Positions 11,564-24,700 of a DNA stretch of 64,000 nucleotides are shown here, piece by piece. The translations under genes were made by a program, and so were the position numbers. Every line of letters starts with the position of its first letter. Position 1 is the first letter of the stretch. Source of the DNA: Marsupella aquatica (Eukaryota > Plantae > Marchantiophyta); the NCBI GenBank assembly GCA_973895155.1, contig OZ316899.1, positions 372,001 through 436,000 of the forward strand, given 5' to 3'. Under the pieces are notes generated by a model that was not told the DNA's origin, made no database searches, and saw only the letters and a program-made list of their open reading frames with translations.

Positions 11564-14273
11564 CAACCCAAGCAAAGATATTGCTATCTCTACCAGTTCG
11601 TTCCCATGGAAGAGCTTAGGGTGGGACCGCAAGCGGAAGACGGATGAACAAACCTTTTAGAAACCAAACAAAACCCCACCTCTATCTTCCAAGAGGCTAG
11701 AGAGTTTTCTCCACTTCAAAACAATAGACTACAACGACAAAACAACAAGACCTAACTCTCCACAAGGACCCCTCCTCATGAGAGTGCCAAATTTACTAAA
11801 GTTCTTTACACAAGGTGACCAGGGAACACCTGTAAGAAATCACCCTGCTAAAAGCTCAATGGAACAAACCATGTTGTTGGGGTCACATCAGCTCCTCCTA
11901 CCATCAATTGGTTTGCAAAACAAAACTAGGGGCTGAGCCCATTGTACCTGATTGCAACCCAATCTCAAGCACCCAAGTTTCAGCAACCCTTGACCAGATC
12001 AATACTTCTTGTCACCTCCCAACTCTGAAGATTCAGATTGTCACTCCTGGGGGTGTCTACTAACTCCGGTCAACAAAACAGCCAAATCAGGGCAGCAAAC
12101 CACACATGGTGAGAAGGTTGCACTTTCAGATTTACTAAAGTACTCCAAACACAACGACCAGGGAAAACCTGTAATCGCTTTGCCAAAAGTCCCCAGCTAG
12201 AGACACCAAAGCATCATAAGGAATCGCCAATACGCTGCCCAAGTATAGTGCCCGAACCAGGGAAAACCTAAAATCACAACACAATATTCTCTCCTCACTG
12301 AACCTCCAGAAAATCAATCACATTGGGTACAAGGTAACATCCAGGTACTCAATCTTTCTAAAGCTTAGTTCTCATGCCAACTACAGAATTGGAGTCATAG
12401 CAAAGAATAATGCAAGAAAAAGAGACTTTATGTAACATCATAAATTTTCCTGGTAGAAATGGAACCTTTGTCCAGGGTCCTTCTCCTCACTTCTCTACAA
12501 CTATCCAACTATGGGATCAAATGCTTGTGGATCTTAGTTTCCACTCCACGTGGATGAAGTTTTCACTAAGCAACTAAGCATTTGTCCCTCCACACAAGAA
12601 ACTACAATCCTTAAATACTTTTCAGCCAATCCAATCCACTCCAATCTAATTCTCACCATGGGCTGAGTGTTCCCCTCTCTTACTAGCTCCTAATTAAGCT
12701 CCTACTTCCATTCAATCCTCGTCCATGTGCTTCAAATCATAGAATTGAATTTCGCGCAGAAAAATTGGAAGCTGCAGACCCCCTTCTGGCATCTGATTTT
12801 TCTCTCACCAACCAGACCTCGGTTGGTGCTCATAATTTTCCAGAAGGTGCGCCTACTTCCCTTCTACCTCCACAAAAATTATCAGCCAATTCGGTAAAGC
12901 GAATGTGGCTCCAGAAAATATTTGGTGTTGCTGATTTTTCTTACCACGAGTTTTGCGCGAATTTCAACTTCGGCGTCTTGCGAGTGAAACTTCTAACTCC
13001 ATTTCAACCTTCCCTTCCAACCTACCACCTTCTTTCTCATGTGTTTCCCACTCACAACTAATCATCATCACCATCTTCCTACCAATCAATTGATTACAAC
13101 AACATTCGTTTGCTTGAAGGTGCGGAATCAAATTTGTACCAAAAGCTAGAAAACTGTAGACCCCCCTCCGGCATCCGATTTTTCTCTCACCAACCAGACT
13201 TCGATTGGTGCTCATAATTTTCCAGAAGGTGCGTCTACTTCCCTTCTACCTCCACAAAAAATATCAGCCAATTTGGTCAAGCAAATGTGGCTCCAGAAAA
13301 TATTTGGTGTCACTGATTTTTCCTACCATGAGTTTTCCGCGATTTTGACTTCGACAACTTGTGATTCGACATTATCTCTCCAATTCGACTTGTCTTTCTA
13401 GGCCACGATTGCTTCACTTCATTTCTTGCAATTGATGACCACCTAATCCACCATATCTCATCAATCAATTGTTGATGGAGTCTTCACTCCTACCTAACTC
13501 CATATCTCAATCAGTCTTATCACCAACTAAGTAATTTCCTATTTCTTTCTTTACTCCTTTGATTCATCTACCTCTTCTTTTGACTACCTTCATCCACATG
13601 AGAGAATCATCTTTAGGAGTACCCCTATTTTCACTCAGGAGTACCCCTGGTTAACTCGCAACAAAATGGTCAAATGGCTTAGCGGCCTAGTGGTTTTGCG
13701 GAAAAATTATTAGACGTCTATTCCTTGCGATTTTTAAAAATTTAACCTGAACTCCGTTTGTGCTGAAATTTTGCCAGTGCGTTTCCTCTACCTATAATCT
13801 ATTACCTGGCAAAAACTCAGACTTTTTGGACTAATCTAAGTCTACCAATAAAATACCTAAAGATGCTAATTTAGTATAAAGTTGTAAAAACAGAAAACTA
13901 TTCTTAGTGTCAAAGAACCAAGGTGTTAATATGTGAAACAAAAATGACCCTAACTTCCTAACGACATGTCCGTTTTGTCTGATATTTTCTTGGGTAGATT
14001 TCTCTATCTAAAATCTATCTACTCATCAAAATTTGAGAGTTTTTCATGACCTACAAAGATTTGACTAAAATATCACAAAAGGCTACTCTACCTTAAAACT
14101 ATCACTATTAACTTCTCACTTAATCTTCTAGGTTCAAAGTTGACCAAGGCCTAAAGCCTTCAACTACATTGAAATTACATAGAAAGAGGTAACTATAAGT
14201 CTTAATAAGCTCAAAAATTAACTAACAGCCCTGTGTGACACCTTTAAGGGGGCGCACAGGAGAAATATCTGAT
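11564..14273. mobile_element. ~2.7 kb non-coding insertion splitting gag (solo-LTR-like or non-autonomous element)
   Basis: Flanked by GTAGCACA at 11556-11563 and 14274-14281, with gag sequence resuming on each side; no clear TIR or TG...CA ends. Confidence 0.5.
12772..13480. repeat. Tandem duplication, ~380 bp unit x2
   Basis: CTG(C/T)AGACCCC...GGTGCTCATAATTTTCCAGAAGGTGCG...GTGGCTCCAGAAAATATTTGGTG recurs at ~12772 and ~13154. Confidence 0.9.
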
Positions 14274-14660
14274 GTAGCACAGTGCCAAGACAGTGGGAGT
14301 AACTGGCGCCGTGGTAGGAACTGGAGTAGGAGGGGAAGTGGCAGGAGCAACAGCATGGGCTGCAATGGCATTCTGTAAAGCCAATTGTGAGGCTGCCGCA
14401 ATTGCACTAGCATAGGCAGGGTTAGGCAATTGCGTGATAGCAAGCAACCGTTGAGAGTGTTGCTCATACACATCCAAAGCCTCATGGTGCACATACCTGG
14501 CTAGTTGCTTAAATGCAAAAGCATTTGTGAAATTGCTGTCGTACTTCAACTCCAATTTGTAAATGACAGTGTAGAAAGTGGATTTGAACTCACGCAAAGA
14601 AACAGTGCCTGGCCGCCCACTGAAGTGCTCAATGCGGCCAAATGAGTGACTGGCATCCAT
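14274..14660 (-). pseudogene. gag N-terminal part
   Basis: FSGRPGTVSLREF...AFKQLARYVHHEALDVYE is similar to YFGAVGTIDLDDF...AWKGLFQHLEGPPMDDYHE of ORF 34088. Confidence 0.7.
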
Positions 14661-17352
14661 GTTGTATGTTGGTGAAGCTGGAACAATCACTGATGTAGAA
14701 GGAGTAAAGGGCAGAGAGTGATAGCAGGCTTCAGGGTAGTAGTGAAGTGACTGCCAAATGTAGCAGAAAGGTTGCGTGGTGTGGGTGTTGTTGCTGTCTA
14801 CTGACGTTGTCAAAGTTACCGAGACTCCAATGAAATTGGCACTAACGGTCGTGGATCACTCCGCAAGTGGTACCTGGGTGTCGGTGGCGATGAGCTGCTA
14901 CCTCCCGGCTCATTGGCTGACATGCTGCATGCTCACTCGGGGTGCCAATGGGAAGGAAATTGACAAGAAAAAGGAGTGGCAGCCCAAGGCTAGGAGATAA
15001 AACCCACAAAGGAACAAACGGTGCAAGGCAGCAATGTGTCAAATGTGTAAACACACAGAAAAACCTTCACAGAGAAAAACCGTCGGCAAAGAAAAGACCC
15101 TTAAAAACTCAGGAAAGGCCTAATGTTGGCAGCAATAAAGAAATTTGGGAAAAGAAATAGAAGTGGCCTCCCCTTAAGTGTATACATTGGGCCCCCCCTT
15201 AAGTCTATGCATCGGGGCCCTATAAGGACCCAGAAACCGGCAGCCGGCCGGCCGAGTGTGTATACACAATCGTAGCACACAGCCCTATGCAGTGGTAGTC
15301 GGAAGGCGACAGAAATAGGCAAGGAATTACTATGGCCTGTAAGGGAAAGAAATGGGAGGGCACGATGCCCTATGTACATACAGGCTGCGGAGCACAAAAG
15401 CCGTAAGGAGGAAAAGGCAAGACGAAGCGAGGCAAGGGCGAAATGAAAGAAACAGCCAAAAAGAAAAGCATCGGGCCCCTCTTAATGACTCAAGCTGTGC
15501 AGCATAGGGCTTTGCGCCCCCCTTCTCCTTATGAGCTCCCGAAGAGGGAGGCTACAAACTCCCCCTCAATCCCCTCCTTAAATGCTTCTGTGGGTCTCAT
15601 GCCCTGGTGAAAGTACTCGGAAGGGAGTCAATGTACTCTCCCCCCTTCTTTAATGCAACATAGGGCTGCGTGCCCTCTCCTGACACTCGCTCCCCCCTCC
15701 TTCCTGCTTTTGCTTGTGCTTGGCTGCCCCTCCCCTGCTTTAATGTTGCCTAGGGCCTCTGCCCTGCTTTTGCTTCCCCTCCCCTCCTCTAATGCCCTGT
15801 AAGTTGGGCCTCGTGCTTGGCAGGACTCCCGAGGGGAGTTGACATGAACCCTCCCTCTTTAATTCTTCATAGGGCCTCGTGCCCTCGGTTCTCGCTCCCT
15901 CTCCCTTGTTTTAATTGCAACAGTAGGAGTTTCTTAAGTATACACATAACACCACATCAAACCCATAACTTTTAACCCGCCATTCCAATGCTGCTCAAAG
16001 AAATTGCATCAGCTTTGACGGAAATTGTATGTACCGATACGAGCAATCGAGAAGCACAATGTCTGCAATCTTCTTCCCCTCACTGCCAACTTGGGAGTTC
16101 TTCTTGAATAAAAGGCGTAAGAGAAACAAGCGTACTAAAATTGAATAAAAAACTGGCGAGATGCCAAGATCGGTCGGGAGCATCTAACGAATCACTGTGT
16201 GAATCTCGTGTGCGGAACCAACAAGCACTGTCTGAGCTTTGTCAACAGCAATTCAAGAAGAACTGAAAAACAACAAAGAAAAACATGCCCTAAGTAGGAC
16301 CGGGTCCAGGCGTCACACTAACAACCACCTTTGCTTCAAGAACGGCCCAGACTCGCTACAAGAACATGACACTAACTCAAGTAGTACACTAGCCCTAACT
16401 ATATACCTAGCGGGCATGCGAGGGACATGCCGATGTGCACAAGAGGCATTGTCCTTCGGCATGACACTCTAAACCCATCTAACTAGGGTATCTTACTGGG
16501 GTTAGCTTTAACTCACAACACTCCCCCTTGGTTGATTGAAAACTGAATTAAAATCAACCACACTAGGGAAAGCCTAACCCTATTATGATTCCGGAAAACT
16601 CGGTTTGGTCTCATCAAACCCATGCTTCTTACTGCCAGGGAAAGAGTACCACAACCTTACATTGGTGGAAACATAAAAAGTAGCCTATTAATTGCTGGCT
16701 AAGAAGGGGTGCTAAGTATATGGCTAATGGTGACTTCTAATATAAGTGTAATGTGATTTGACTAAAAATAAATCTGATATTCGGTTGATTTCTGGTTTCT
16801 CTATTGTTAACCCTAAAGGTTAGAGTCACGGCTAAGTATAGATTTAACAGGCCAGGAAGTGAAGTGGCATCCCGTCAAGGCTCTGACTCCTTTGAATCTC
16901 AAATGAGAATGAGGGTTTATGTGTAGAAGCGACGATAGCACATGCAATGAAGTTGCCCAAAATGGAATGTCACTTATGAAGTCATAGCTGTTCAAATACA
17001 ATTGTCGTTTAGGAAGCTTAGGGATCGGTGTGATGGCTGGCGTCAGGGGAGCAGCTGCTGCGGGGCCGTGCGTCTTGACTACTCCGTGAAATGTACAGCC
17101 TGCCATGGAACAAAGAAAGGTAAGTTATCAAGCTGCAAGCTCTAACTGGTTGCATCGTTGGTTTGTAATAAGATGGATAATCTTTGCATTCCAATTCCAA
17201 ATGTATGATCTTTATGCAGGGCTGGGGGTAGCGGCTTGGTAAATAAACCAGCTTTGTTGTCGGTAGTTGATATTCATTCCACTCAAATTTTATCTCCATG
17301 TTGCTCATGTGTATAAACCAGTTTTGGGCCTATATGCTTAATCCAGTCACCT

Positions 17353-17664
17353 TTAATAAAACCTTGAATGTGCAATCTGGTCCACACATGGTCTATTGTC
17401 CTCATAAATAATTGTAGGCTCTTGCAGATCCGGTTGTCCCGTATTCTTGTTAATATGGGCCATCAAATTTTGGAGCCAAACACATTCCCTAGTTGCTTCA
17501 TATAAAGCAATGATCTCCGTGTGGTTTGATGATGTAGCTGCGAGGGATTGTTTTGTGCTTTTCCAAGAAATTGTTGTTTTGCCCTGCAAGAACACATATC
17601 CCGTTTGGGACTTGGCATCATCCGGATCAGACAAATATCCCGCATCAGCATAACCAGTCATTAC
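17353..17664 (-). pseudogene. Copia RNase H of Bianca element 1
   Basis: VMTGYADAGYLSDPDDAKSQTGYVF...ISWKSTKQ...EATRECVWL...IIYEDN. Confidence 0.92.
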
Positions 17665-20600
17665 TATTACAAGGTAAGAGTGGTGGACCCAGCCACCCAA
17701 CACCCTCACCAATCCCAGCACCCACGCCTAAGTGCCCCTGGTGCCTGAATGCCTCCACAGAATACCTTGAGCAAGCAACTCGATGCCCTTTGCACCGCCC
17801 GCGGCCCCTCCCATACAAAGCCGCACTTGCTCTCCAATGCGACCGCTACTCCATGGTCCTCACTATCTGCACAAGCAATCAAGCACCTCGGTAAGTAACC
17901 CTCAAGATCTAGATCTCCCAAGTCTAGCATCCTAACTCAAGCTCAACAAACATTGATAAGTAGGTCAACGAAGGTCCTCCCAATGCCATAAGCTGGAACC
18001 AGAACCAACACCCATTGTTTGTCTAGTATAACTCCTTCCTTGGGCGCAGCCCGGGTTCCCCCTTGTACCTATCCATCACCAACTGACCACCCTACCCCCA
18101 GGACATGCTCATGGCCCAAATAACGTAGCTTGTCCTAAAGTTTGTCCCAACACGCCGGGACCAGAATGGTCTCGGCTTTAGCAACTCACTCCCGGTTCTT
18201 GCCCCACTGATGGTCTAGGGGCCAAATTCCCTTGGAACTCAACCTCCACGCCTACTTGGCCTTGCCTCCCCAACGCAAGCTCCCTTGAGAGGTTGAACAT
18301 GGCTTGGCTACTATTTCGGCATGATTTGGCAAGCGGGCGAGATAGCACCCGCAAACCTTGAAAATCTATGGTTCCCCCAAACCCAACTGAGCTTAGGAGG
18401 ATGTATCCCTCGAGAGATTTCCAACGCACCTAGGAAGTCCCCCAACGAACTTCTTGTTGGGAAGTTATTGCCGTTTCCGTTTGGCATTTTCCCTTAGTGT
18501 CGCAACCGCCGCGGCTTGCAACTTCGGCTCACCCTTAGCCCCCAGGGAGACATCACTCCCCTCATATATGTTTCTGGAGACCTTCCACCCCCGGACCAGC
18601 TTTGGTTCCCAAATTTTGGCCCCCTACCTAGACCCCAACCCGCATGTCTGGGCGTGCCACCAACTGACAATGCCCATAACTTTCTAGTTAGGGATCCGCA
18701 AGCAGAGTGCCTTAGCCCATTGTGATCAAACCAACCCAGTGCTCATGCCTAGGCCCTCAAATCTCATTGACGCCTGGGGCCCGCGATCGGCCAAACCCGG
18801 ATCGGGCCATAACTCGCGCCCCAAGCGTATGTTGCCCATGGTGTCAACTTCATTGGCCTTGGGCCCAAGAGGAGCTCTCACTCAAGCCCTCAGAACTCAA
18901 AGTCTGTCCGGGGGTCTGGACGATCGACCTTGAGCCCGACCCTTTTCCCCTCGACCTGACCAACTCTCAGCTAGTCTAAGTCCTTAGTGCGTGTCACCAG
19001 CTTGGCGCCTTGCCTTCGCTAGTGCCACGTCCCATTGCCCACAAGTCTCCCCATGCTAAGTACTCCCCGGATGGCCTATCCGGGCCTGGACCAGAAGGGA
19101 GCTCAGCGTCAGAGTTAGCGACGCCGGAGCTAAGTGTTAAGGTAGTCGAGTTTCGCAACTGTAAGTAACCTTGTGATAGAACGACACACCAATACCCCAA
19201 CAAGAATGATGATATCCATTAGAGGTCCAAGAGGTATATGCATATGGAGGTAGTTATGGTAACTACCTCTTCCCTAAACTCTAGATGTTTACCTAATCCA
19301 TGGGTTATAACACTCCCCCTTGTTTTATATGATATAAGGCAACCACATTAGGGTTTACATCTAGGATTAAGTATTTACTATGGTAGCCATTGGAGTGGTC
19401 TCATTAAAACCCTCTTACCTCTTTTTGAGGGAAAGAGTGCCACCACCACATGTTATGGAACCATTTGAAATTAGCTAGTTAAAAAAAATTGTGTATATGA
19501 AATTTCTACAAAGTCTCTTAATGCTTATGTCAACACTGTGGTCTTGTGGAAGATCCTCCTTGGTTGGTGTTAGCAAAGTTGACTGCATCATGTGTCTCGT
19601 TCCATGCTGGTAATGAAGACTCCTTGATGTTCATAGATTACATGCAAGGAAATTCTTGGCCTTGGAGTCGTTTGGAGTGTCCAATCCTAGATTGGGTGTT
19701 GGCATAACCTGGTCAAACCATAACATATACCATATCCATATCATAGAGATATCCTATTAAGATATGGCGCACCATCTCTCGTGGTGCCTTACCAGGCCAT
19801 ATCTCATTGACCTTATGGTACCTTACAACTTGATACCGTACCTCATATGATCATATGATACCATATCATGATAAGGTCTATTTTATTCCCAAATTTAGTA
19901 GTTATGATATGTCATCCCATATTAGTGGGTGAATGTGTGAACATCCTGTCCAATCGTGAAAAAGATTCCTCATTTTTCAGAATTGGCCATATGGTTCCAA
20001 CTCATAGAATATAGTTGGACCATTGTTAAATACTGATTGGTGCAAAAAAGGCACTTGTGCAATAGGCACATTCCATGGGTTATATTGCTTGATGCCAAGC
20101 GTCTCCCCCTCAAGTTATCAAATATTTTTCCTTCATGCCTGAGTGTGCAATAGGCACCCATTTGCTTCCATGTGCAGTAGGCACAGAGTTTTATGTGCAG
20201 TACGTAGGGACCTTGGGGAAAAATATCTCCCCCAGAATTTGTGAAATTAATTGGGAAATTTTTACATGGAGACATTTCCAATAAGTGTTTTTCGTTCTTA
20301 TGTCTTCCCTTCCCTTTCATGATATGTTTGTTCCTTAAATCAATTTTGGCATTGTATGAAATGTCATGGTATGCAATTCAGGCATTTATAAGCTTTTTGG
20401 GCATAAGAAATAGTGTGATTGCATAAGGAGAAGGGTACTGCTCTTCTTGCTCTTATGAAGAAATATTCATTTTCCTTTCTAGTGAATATCGTTCGTTATG
20501 AAAGGAAATCCCTGTGTATTAACATGCAGTAGTTGAGGAGGAACTCCCCTTTGGCTTCTTTGGTCTCTTGAGTTGGCCTTCTCAAGCTTTGTTTTGAAAG

Positions 20601-21772
20601 CATTTTGCTAAAGAAAATAGAATTTGGGGGTTACACTGGTGTTTAGTGTAGTTTAAGTGTATTTCCCTGGTTAAGTGCACAATTTTATTTTTAAATGCAA
20701 ATATCTTTGATGGGTTTTGCACTTAAGGAGGGTTTTCAGTTAGCATGTTTTCTCGATGTTTTGACGTTCTTTGTTGCGAGATTTTATTATCAGCGCGCGT
20801 TCTTGTTCCCTCTTTTGGTCTTGCCTTCTCTTGATTGATCTGTGCCTTCAGACTCTTTTATTCAATCAGTCTCGCATCTATCAGGGTGTGAACGGTGACG
20901 GCCGAGGTGGTTCAGTTGTTTCTTGCCCTCTTCTCTATTCCTTCTATTCTTTTATGTTCTCTTCTCACTATGTCATTTGAGAAACTCTCTCCCCTAAGTT
21001 GTCTTTGATGGCCCTTTCTTGTTTTCCTCTCGTTGAAGTCGGTCTTCTTTACTGTCCCAATCCTTCCTTCGATGAGGGGAAATCTGTAATCTTAAGTGAT
21101 TAAACTTGGATCCTTTCATAAATTTGTCTCTCGGCAATGGTCGGCTCTTATAGGGACTGGAAGGACCTTAGCCTCTTTATATGTGGCAAATTCCCGTCTG
21201 AAGTCGAGATGCTCCTCCAAAATTGTCATGTGTGATTACATTTCTAACTTTAGGCTAAACAAGGACGTTTGTGATTCCTCCACATATCATTGCGGAAGCC
21301 ATGTCGCCTTTACATGTACTGGATCTGAAATGGTCGTGCCCAATTACCTCTATAGAAATGCAATACGTGGAGCAATATGTGCAAGCTTGATATCCTGAAT
21401 GTTACAAGGGATTAATGGGAAACAAACCTACTGCAAGTGACCTTCCGAGTTTGAAAGAAGACCAGGAGTACAAGGAAGATGCATGCAGTGCAAGTTTGCC
21501 GACGGACAGGAGATCTCCAAAAACTAGTCAAGACCTGATAGCCTGGCCTTACGAGGGTAGAGGCGATGAGCTTATGATTGTAAAGAGACCGGTACATCGT
21601 GCTGATAACGTGTTACAAGGTAGGTAACCTTGTGATAGAACGACACACCAATACACCAGCAAGAATGATGATATTCATTAGAGGTCCAAGAGGTATATAC
21701 AAATGGTGGGTAGTTATGGTAACTACCTCTTCCCTAAACTCTAGATGTTAACCTAATCCATGGGTTATAACA
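17665..21772 (-). mobile_element. Non-autonomous Bianca-like LTR element (element 2) nested in element 1
   Basis: ~161-bp LTRs at 21611-21772 and at 17665-17678 + 19166-19312; the same PBS (21595-21610) and PPT (19313-19320) as element 1; TSD ATTAC at 17660-17664 and 21773-21777; no pol motifs inside. Confidence 0.9.
17679..19160 (+). mobile_element. AGT...ACT repeat element, copy A (1482 bp)
   Basis: Ends AGTGGTGGACC...GTTTCGCAACT; TSD GTAAG at 17674-17678 and 19161-19165; collinear with copies B and C+D. Confidence 0.92.
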
Positions 21773-21777
21773 ATTAC

Positions 21778-24700
21778 CGGACTCATATCCTTTTGGGAAG
21801 TTCTGCATATTGAACTGTTTAAGTATTCTCTTGGTGTATGTTGACTGGTTTATCAGTATGCCAATAGGGAGATAATCAAACTGTATGCCCATGCAGTAGC
21901 TTGGTTCACCAATATCCTTCATCCCAAAGACTCCCTTCAATGTTGCTATTGTGTTTGCAATTAAGCTGGGAGTTCCAAAAATGTTGATATCATCTACGTA
22001 AAGTGCAAGAATGAAAAATTCCTTGCCCTCATGTTTGAGGAATAAACAAGGTGCTATGTCTTCATTAATGAAGTTTAAGGCTAGCATTTCTGCCTTGAGT
22101 CTTTTATACCAGATTCTACCGCTCTGTTTTAGGCCATTTATTGAGCTTAGCACCTGTATTGCAAAGGCCTGCCTTTGTTTATTTTCTTGGGCATCCATTG
22201 GTACATCTAATTCTATTTCCTTGAGTGTGTTTAGCACACTGTCTAACCAGTTGTTGTTTTTGCTTGTTCGGAGGTCCTCCATGGTTATTATGCCCCTTCC
22301 AGTGCTCAGTAGGAGTTTCACTGGGCAGTCCAGCTTTGTGCCAATTAGGTGTGTGTAGCACACCTTGTGAATGGTGGACAGTAGGTCCTTTTTTCCACGT
22401 ATCAGTAATTTGATTAATGCAGATAATAATTCTGGCTCTAATTTTTTTGCCTCTCCCCCTGAATATGAAACTCCACTCTTGTGAGTAATTCGGGGGGTGC
22501 TTTCATATAAATCTCAGTGTCCAGGATGCCGTGTAGGTATGCCGTGACTATGGTCCATCAAATGCATGACCAATTTATGAATCAGTGCAAAAGCAATCAT
22601 GTACCTGTATGTTGTTGCGTCCATAACTGGGGAGTATGTCAAGTCATAGTCTTTGCCATATATTTGTGTATAGCCTTTGGCGACCAGTCAAGCTTTACAT
22701 CATACCACTTCTCCTTTTGCATTTCTTTCCCTCATGAATGTAAACTTGTACCCTGTGAAGCTTTTTTCTGGTGGGACAGATATTATTGGGCCAAAAATGT
22801 GTCTCTTTATAAGTGAGTCTAATTCTGAATTGATTGCCTCCTCCCATAGTGGCCAGTCCTCTTTGTTTTGTGCTTCCTGGACTGTGAGGGGGTCTGGTGT
22901 GTCATTTGTAATCTCTTGTGATATCAAGAATGCAAATTGGTCATCAATTTTGATGTTTTCTCTGGACCAAACCTGCCCTCTGTGTGTATACTATATTGAG
23001 ATTTCTTCATTATCTATTTGAGTGTTAACCTCCATTTTGACCGGGGTCTGTTCCGCTCCCTGTTCCAATGTGGGTATTGGATTCCTTCTTTGTCGGGGAC
23101 AAATATCTTTAGACCCCTGGGGGCGTCCCCTCTTAGCTCTTGGTGGGGCCTCTGCTGTTGTCATGTTTGTTGGTTTCACTCTAGCGGGAGCATTCACAAC
23201 CTCTATGTGGGACCGTGTGACCTTAGCGGCATCGTTAAATGCATCAGGTAATTTGTCTAACATTTGGTTCAAATGTAGGACACGCTGAACCTCCTCATCT
23301 GTCTGTCAAGTTCTAGGGTCATTCAAAAATGTGGTCTTTGTTTGCCACATTAACTTAGATACACTTGTTGTATCCTCAGTCCTTTCTGATCCCAAGGTCA
23401 TGTATACGTTCTCAAAGAAGTTACAGTCTTGGAATCTAGCTTTATAAACGTCCCTTGTTGTTGGTTCTAGGAATCTTATTATAGATGGCGAGTCAAGCCT
23501 ATATATATTCCTTTATGGCGTTGGGGGCCCATTTTAGTGCGTTTGGGGCCCAATATTGGGCCTAACATGTGGCATCCAAATGTTCGTAGGTGGGGGATGT
23601 CCGAGGGCAGGCCAAATGCAATGTGGAGAGGAGACGTGGAATTAAATGATGAAGGTCTGTATTTCAATAGGGAAGCTACATGTAGTATTGCATGTCCCCA
23701 TGCAATGGCAAGTAGTTTTGTTTGCATTAGGAGTGGGCATACAATCATCTATAGTCGTTTGATAACCGACTCTGCTATGCCATTTTGAAAATGTACATAG
23801 GAAACAGGTACTGGGCGTTTATTCCTGAAATAAGACAGAAGTCATCAAAAGTTGTTCAACTAAACTCTTTGGCTCCATCAACTTGTAAATTCTGTATAGG
23901 GTTTTCTGGGAACTGCGCTTTTAACTTAAGCATGTTGGCCAGGATTTGTGAGAAGACCAGATTTCTTGTGGATAACAGTGATACCTGTGACCACTTAGTA
24001 GAGGAATCGATGATGACTAAAAAGAATCTAAGTGGTCTGCTAGGTGGTTCAATAGGACCACAACGTCCGCATTTAGTTGTTCTAAGAAATTTGGAATAGA
24101 GTGGGCTGTTTTAAAGATTGCTGGGCGGACTGTCAACTTGCCTTGGGAGCAGGCCATACATGGGTCTTTCATCATGGATGTTTGGGCAGCTGGTGGTATG
24201 CCTATGGAATCTTTAAGAATTCTGCTGTACAAGCTTGTACCCGTGTATGTGGCCCAACCTTTTGCACCACAATTCTGCAAGGCTTTTGGTGCTTAGTTCA
24301 GCGGAGTATGCCTGTATTTGTGTCACATACTGGGGGTTGTGAGGAAGTGTCTCCTTAATATGCAGGCCCTCATGATCTTTCTGGAGTATTTGAAGAACTT
24401 CTCTTTTCTCCTGGTTGCTAGTGTGTACTACATGCATTCTATTTGCTCTGATATCTTGGAACTTATAAGGTTTCTTGTGGCTGTAGGTGCGTATATTGCC
24501 GCTGCTATTTTAAGGACTGTGCTTTTGGGGAATATTACCATAGCTGGGCCATGTCCTTCCTTGATTTGCTTCTGACCCGTGATCGTGGTCATTTTTCTGG
24601 ATGAAGGTGTAATGCTAGTGAAATATCTCTTATTTCTTAAAATTGAATGTGACGTTCCACTGTCCACAATGCAATTTGTTGGTTCTTCCAAGGGGAATGT

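Larger units (their letters stand above)
8900..15922 (-). mobile_element. Degenerate gypsy remnant (gag and pre-protease region), related to the 32242-41814 element and interrupted by insertions
   Basis: Gag N-terminus MDASHSFGRIEHFSGRPGTVSLREF (ATG 14660). The continuation DPVAEFF*VLELEFPIKSADKIMQLATFVRQRDETLKMMYRRL aligns with NLVVEFFEVLKQNYQGVRTDKLKGLQEFQRKTGESLREAYTRM of ORF 34088. Two CCHC knuckles. TIAIVDNRNSVVKL (~8990) aligns with SVVSLDNRSGIFRL. Probable terminus TGTTGCA at 15922. Confidence 0.7.

Noticed and set aside
11564-14273. hAT transposon, suggested by the 8-bp flanking repeat
   Set aside because: The ends (CAACCCAAG... and ...AAATATCTGAT) are not inverted repeats and there is no transposase.
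17706-19203. Short ORFs inside the AGT...ACT copies (also at 26617-27747, 30775-31532 and 43320-43605)
   Set aside because: Starts, stops and frames differ between copies and there are no domain motifs; GC-rich non-coding sequence.
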